In this document: positions 27,677 through 31,078 of the stretch, one piece after another
Numbering within the stretch: position 1 is the stretch's first letter
Layout: each line of letters starts with the position of its first letter
Source: Opitutales bacterium
GTDB taxonomy: Bacteria; Verrucomicrobiota; Verrucomicrobiia; Opitutales; JABSRG01
Length of the DNA stretch: 31,078 nucleotides
NCBI GenBank assembly: GCA_049599475.1
Contig: JBMYOQ010000052.1
Location: 1 to 31,078, forward strand
Reading direction: 5' to 3'
Made by a program: the position numbers and the translations under genes
The notes under the pieces: model-generated
The model's database searches: none
The model's input: the letters and a program-made list of their open reading frames with translations, nothing else
What the model was told of the DNA's origin: nothing

Positions 27677-28078
27677 CTACTCCTGAGAATGGAGCCCGAT
27701 GGTGTTCCCCTCGGAATCCTCAACCATCGAGATGAAACCATATTGTCCAATTGAGAACTTCGGAGCCAAGAGCTTACCCCCTGCGTTTTCAGCGAGATTA
27801 GCGTTGTAAGCACAGTCTTTACAGGAGAAGTAAACCAGCGTTCCACCTGTTTTTGGCTCAACGCCTTCCATGTAACAAATTGCACCCGCCGCCCCCGGAA
27901 GGAATTCTTCCTGACTTGAAGGAAATGCGAGCATTTTCACAGGAGGAACCCCCTCTGCTTCAGGAGCCGGAAGTTCCGTTAATTCAATTTCAAAGGTCTT
28001 CTCGTAGAAAGCCTTCGCGCGATCGAGGTCCGAAACATAAATCTCAAACCAAGCAACAGGGTTTCGTTCAATACTCAT
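27677..28078 (-). CDS. VOC (glyoxalase/bleomycin resistance) family protein
   Basis: NPVAWFEIYVSDLDRAKAFYE, GTLVYF and GG...PK..IG.YGFI....DSEGN.IGLHS. Confidence 0.92.
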   Translation of the reverse strand: MSIERNPVAWFEIYVSDLDRAKAFYEKTFEIELTELPAPEAEGVPPVKMLAFPSSQEEFLPGAAGAICYMEGVEPKTGGTLVYFSCKDCAYNANLAENAGGKLLAPKFSIGQYGFISMVEDSEGNTIGLHSQE

Positions 28079-28354
28079 ACTGAAACCTGCTAAGCATTAT
28101 TCGAGATAACGCTACTTCTTTATCCGCTGATTGCGCGAGGCTCTGCAATTGTGATCCATTTATAATCCAACCGTAACAACCCTGTCTAACTAAGGCTGCA
28201 CACTACGTTTACTTCGGCTCCATATATTGGGCAGTGCGCTCCAATTAAAGAAACGTTCAAAACTCCGTTAAACACACAATACCTGACGACTGCTTTCCCC
28301 GAACTCATCGTCATACCGCTCTCTTCTCAAAGCTTCACTCGCTGCTATCTCCGA

Positions 28355-29743
28355 ATGTTCTCCTATCCTGCGCACGATTCAGCCATGCCCGTGGCCAATA
28401 TCGAAGACTTTCTAAGCAAGCTCACTCGCGTCCTTCTTTACTGCATGTCCGCTTTCGGGGGCGGCATGATCCTCTTCATCAACCTCAAATACGGGGGAAT
28501 GGGCTTACCACTCATCCTCGAATCATTCGTCTACCTAACATTCGGCGTAGTAGTCTATTTTGGATTCGGAGCCCCGAAGGTTTCGTTCCGTATCAAGGCA
28601 GGCTTTGCCCTCACTCTGATCTCTCTACTATGCATCATGAGCGGCACGCGCTGGGGCCTCATGGGCACATCCACCCTACTTATGAGCTGGGTGATCATGA
28701 TGGTATGCCTAATCTTCGGAGCACGCACCGCTGCGATCATCGCCTGCGCATTCATCGCGATATTGGTCCTGACAGCCGTCGGCTTCTTTTCAGGCAAACT
28801 AACATACACCTCGGACCCTCATATCGTAATGGATTCCGCGGAGAATTGGATCAAGAATGGGCTCGGCTTCACATTCCTCGGCACCTTCATGATCTTCTCC
28901 GCATTCGCCCTACTGAGAAGCTTCAACCATTCCCTCGCTTCGCTCCGAGAGCAACAATGCGCTCTACGCTCCCGAAACGCTGCCTTGGAAAAGGCCCGCG
29001 CAGACGCCGAGAAAGCCTCAGTGAACAAAATGGAATTTCTAGGTGTGATGAGCCACGAGCTGAGGACGCCGCTCAATCCGATTCTCGGTTTCCTCGATAT
29101 GCTCGCAGAGGAAAAGGACCCCGAAGAACGCGCATCATACATCGAAACCATGCAGCGCAGTGGGCAATACTTGGAATCCCTCACGAAAAACATCAGCACA
29201 TACTCCAAGCTGGAAGAAGGTAATGCAGAAATAAATACAGAGACATTTGACCCAGCAGCCGTCGTCGCAGACGTCATCGAATTACTGCAAATTGAAATAA
29301 AGGACAAATCGATCGAGCTGAAGAGTGAAACCCACAATACCTCACTCATCCGCGGTGATAGCCAGAGGATCAAGCAGTGCCTCATCATTCTCGTATCAAA
29401 CGCCATCAAGTTCACGGAGCAGGGCGAGGTAAATATCAGAGTTGCAGTAGCCAAAGAAGATCGCTCCGAAAACGCCCAGCTCGAAATATGCGTGAAAGAT
29501 AGCGGTATCGGGATCGACCCAGTAAACCACGAACGCATCTTCGACCCCTTCCTCCAAGTAGATTACTCGGATAGGCGCGTGCATGAAGGGATGGGGCTAG
29601 GTCTTGCAATCTGCAAGAAAACCGCAGATTTGCTCGGAGGCACTATTTCGGTTGAAAGCGAAATCAACGAAGGAAGCGTTTTTTGTATCAAAATTCCAAG
29701 CACATTAGCTCACAAACCAGAGAAGATGGAGGCAGCACGCTAA
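28355..29743 (+). CDS. Membrane sensor histidine kinase (no receiver domain)
   Basis: Multi-TM N-terminus, H-box MSHELRTPLN, N-box SNAIKFT, G1 DSGIGI, F-box FDPF and G2 GMGLGLAI. The exact start codon is uncertain. Confidence 0.93.
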   Translation: MFSYPAHDSAMPVANIEDFLSKLTRVLLYCMSAFGGGMILFINLKYGGMGLPLILESFVYLTFGVVVYFGFGAPKVSFRIKAGFALTLISLLCIMSGTRWGLMGTSTLLMSWVIMMVCLIFGARTAAIIACAFIAILVLTAVGFFSGKLTYTSDPHIVMDSAENWIKNGLGFTFLGTFMIFSAFALLRSFNHSLASLREQQCALRSRNAALEKARADAEKASVNKMEFLGVMSHELRTPLNPILGFLDMLAEEKDPEERASYIETMQRSGQYLESLTKNISTYSKLEEGNAEINTETFDPAAVVADVIELLQIEIKDKSIELKSETHNTSLIRGDSQRIKQCLIILVSNAIKFTEQGEVNIRVAVAKEDRSENAQLEICVKDSGIGIDPVNHERIFDPFLQVDYSDRRVHEGMGLGLAICKKTADLLGGTISVESEINEGSVFCIKIPSTLAHKPEKMEAAR

Positions 29744-31044
29744 TGTTTGGAAATATAAAAGCACTCGAAGGGTGGGCCAAGGAATTCCCCCTTTTCAATT
29801 CAGGACTTAAAAACCCTGAGAGTGAATTAGTGGATACGGCCGAGATCCAAAAGGGGCTTACTAAGGTCGTTCACAACCTAATCCTTATAATGTTTATTCC
29901 GATCATCGGGATCATTACATATAATTTCTTCGTAGCAGGATTTCTCCCAATTCATTTCATTCTGTATGCGATGTTCGGATGGCTCGCGTATGCAGCATTT
30001 TCTGGAGACAAGATTCACTACAAACGGAAAATGTGGGTGACACTTGGCATCGTCACCCTGTCGACCAGTACAACATTTTTTTACGGAGGCATCGCCGGCA
30101 CGAGCTTAAACAACGGCCTGGTCCTGCTACTCATTAGCGCACTCATTGTAGGTATCAAAGGAGCCACATCCATTCTCCTTTATCTCCTCATAACCTTAAT
30201 CATATCATATTTTGCATATAAATATGGATACTCGTGGAACAGTGTTCCCCTGGGAACCCTCACTCAAGAGCCGCGAATTTGGGTCCTAAAGATCCTTTCA
30301 TTGATATCCGATTTTGTATTAATCATCTATTGCTCAGGTTGGCTTAGATCAGCCATCATCACATCGCTCGACAAGCAAGTGGGGATGCGCAACCTCCTAA
30401 GCGAAAAGCGAGACAAGCTTGGTGAGCTCAATGAACTTGCGCAAAACGCAGATCGCGCGAAAGGCGAGTTCCTGAAAATAGCAGGGCAAGAGCTAAAGAA
30501 ACCGGTCCCCACACTCATAAAATCTATCGAGAACCTAAAGCATCCGGAGAAGACCGAGTCATCCGCTAAAACTTGCCAATCCCAGAGCCTCCATCTCCTT
30601 GGCCTGATAGACTACATTCTAGACTATATAAATATTGGAGACGGCCGAGCAACATTGAACAACAAGAGGACCCAGCTCAGCGCCATCAACGAACAGCTAT
30701 CCGCCAATCTATTCGAACTAGAACAACGTGGCTTAACACAACCCGGCACGATCGAATTCCAAGGCCTGCACGAGAGCACGGACGACAGGGACATCATGAT
30801 AGACAGCAAACGCTTTGCAGATTTCGCGATCCTCGCCTGCATCCACAATATAAACGCATACTCAGGCTCAAAGCTGCACCTTTCCTTAGAAAAAACAGAT
30901 ATAAACTACGAAGAGTGCACCCTAACGCTTCGCATCCGAAAAGAACCGCACCAGGACGCCCAGTCTTCAGATTCAGACTCACCGGATGGTATTTATCAAG
31001 CGATGTATAAACGCGTAGCAGAGATGCTGTCGGTTTGCGGTTAA
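29743..31044 (+). CDS. Degenerate histidine-kinase-like membrane protein (His replaced by Gln, no G boxes), C-terminus apparently cut by an IS
   Basis: TAATG overlap with the upstream kinase and a similar multi-TM region. The H-box equivalent is AKGEFLKIAGQELKKPV, and the protein ends abruptly after YKRVAEML. Confidence 0.7.
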   Translation: MFGNIKALEGWAKEFPLFNSGLKNPESELVDTAEIQKGLTKVVHNLILIMFIPIIGIITYNFFVAGFLPIHFILYAMFGWLAYAAFSGDKIHYKRKMWVTLGIVTLSTSTTFFYGGIAGTSLNNGLVLLLISALIVGIKGATSILLYLLITLIISYFAYKYGYSWNSVPLGTLTQEPRIWVLKILSLISDFVLIIYCSGWLRSAIITSLDKQVGMRNLLSEKRDKLGELNELAQNADRAKGEFLKIAGQELKKPVPTLIKSIENLKHPEKTESSAKTCQSQSLHLLGLIDYILDYINIGDGRATLNNKRTQLSAINEQLSANLFELEQRGLTQPGTIEFQGLHESTDDRDIMIDSKRFADFAILACIHNINAYSGSKLHLSLEKTDINYEECTLTLRIRKEPHQDAQSSDSDSPDGIYQAMYKRVAEMLSVCG

Positions 31045-31078
31045 AATGCACCAGTAATTTGCGGGTGAAAGTGCACCA
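31028..31078. mobile_element. Probable IS21-family terminal repeat at the window edge
   Basis: Begins 5'-TGT and carries tandem subterminal repeats TTTGCGGTTAAAATGCACCA (31034-31053) and TTTGCGGGTGAAAGTGCACCA (31058-31078). No transposase is visible in the window. Confidence 0.6.

Noticed and set aside
29683..29742. Earlier start for the pseudokinase
   Set aside because: The ATG at 29743 forms a TAATG overlap with the upstream stop and has GGAGG upstream.

Overview
Bacterial DNA, probably from a marine polysaccharide degrader such as Verrucomicrobiota (inferred from gene content only). It has three blocks. (1) 1-10881 is a type I restriction-modification operon (hsdM 3' part, hsdS, hsdR). 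Four cargo genes are interleaved: a KilA-N protein, a DRT4/UG15-like reverse transcriptase, a DUF3800 RNase H-fold protein and an AlbA_2/Schlafen-domain protein. The cargo genes are separated by duplicated relics of the hsdM 3' end and hsdR 5' end, and short DNA hairpins sit at or near the homology breakpoints. The KilA-N gene contains a perfect 30-bp palindrome. The DUF3800 3' end overlaps a strand-specific antisense hairpin with a U-tract, a candidate tiny ncRNA. (2) 11053-15568 holds DUF6172, TonB, a secreted ankyrin protein and an AraC regulator. These are followed by a minus-strand locus for sulfated rhamnose glycans (15724-27339): NCS1-type permease, small membrane protein, rhaA, two sulfatases, GH106 and GH78. 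(3) 27677-31078 holds a VOC protein, a sensor histidine kinase and a coupled His-less pseudokinase, which appears to be cut by an IS21-like end at the window edge. All family calls come from motif recognition by eye; no searches were run.
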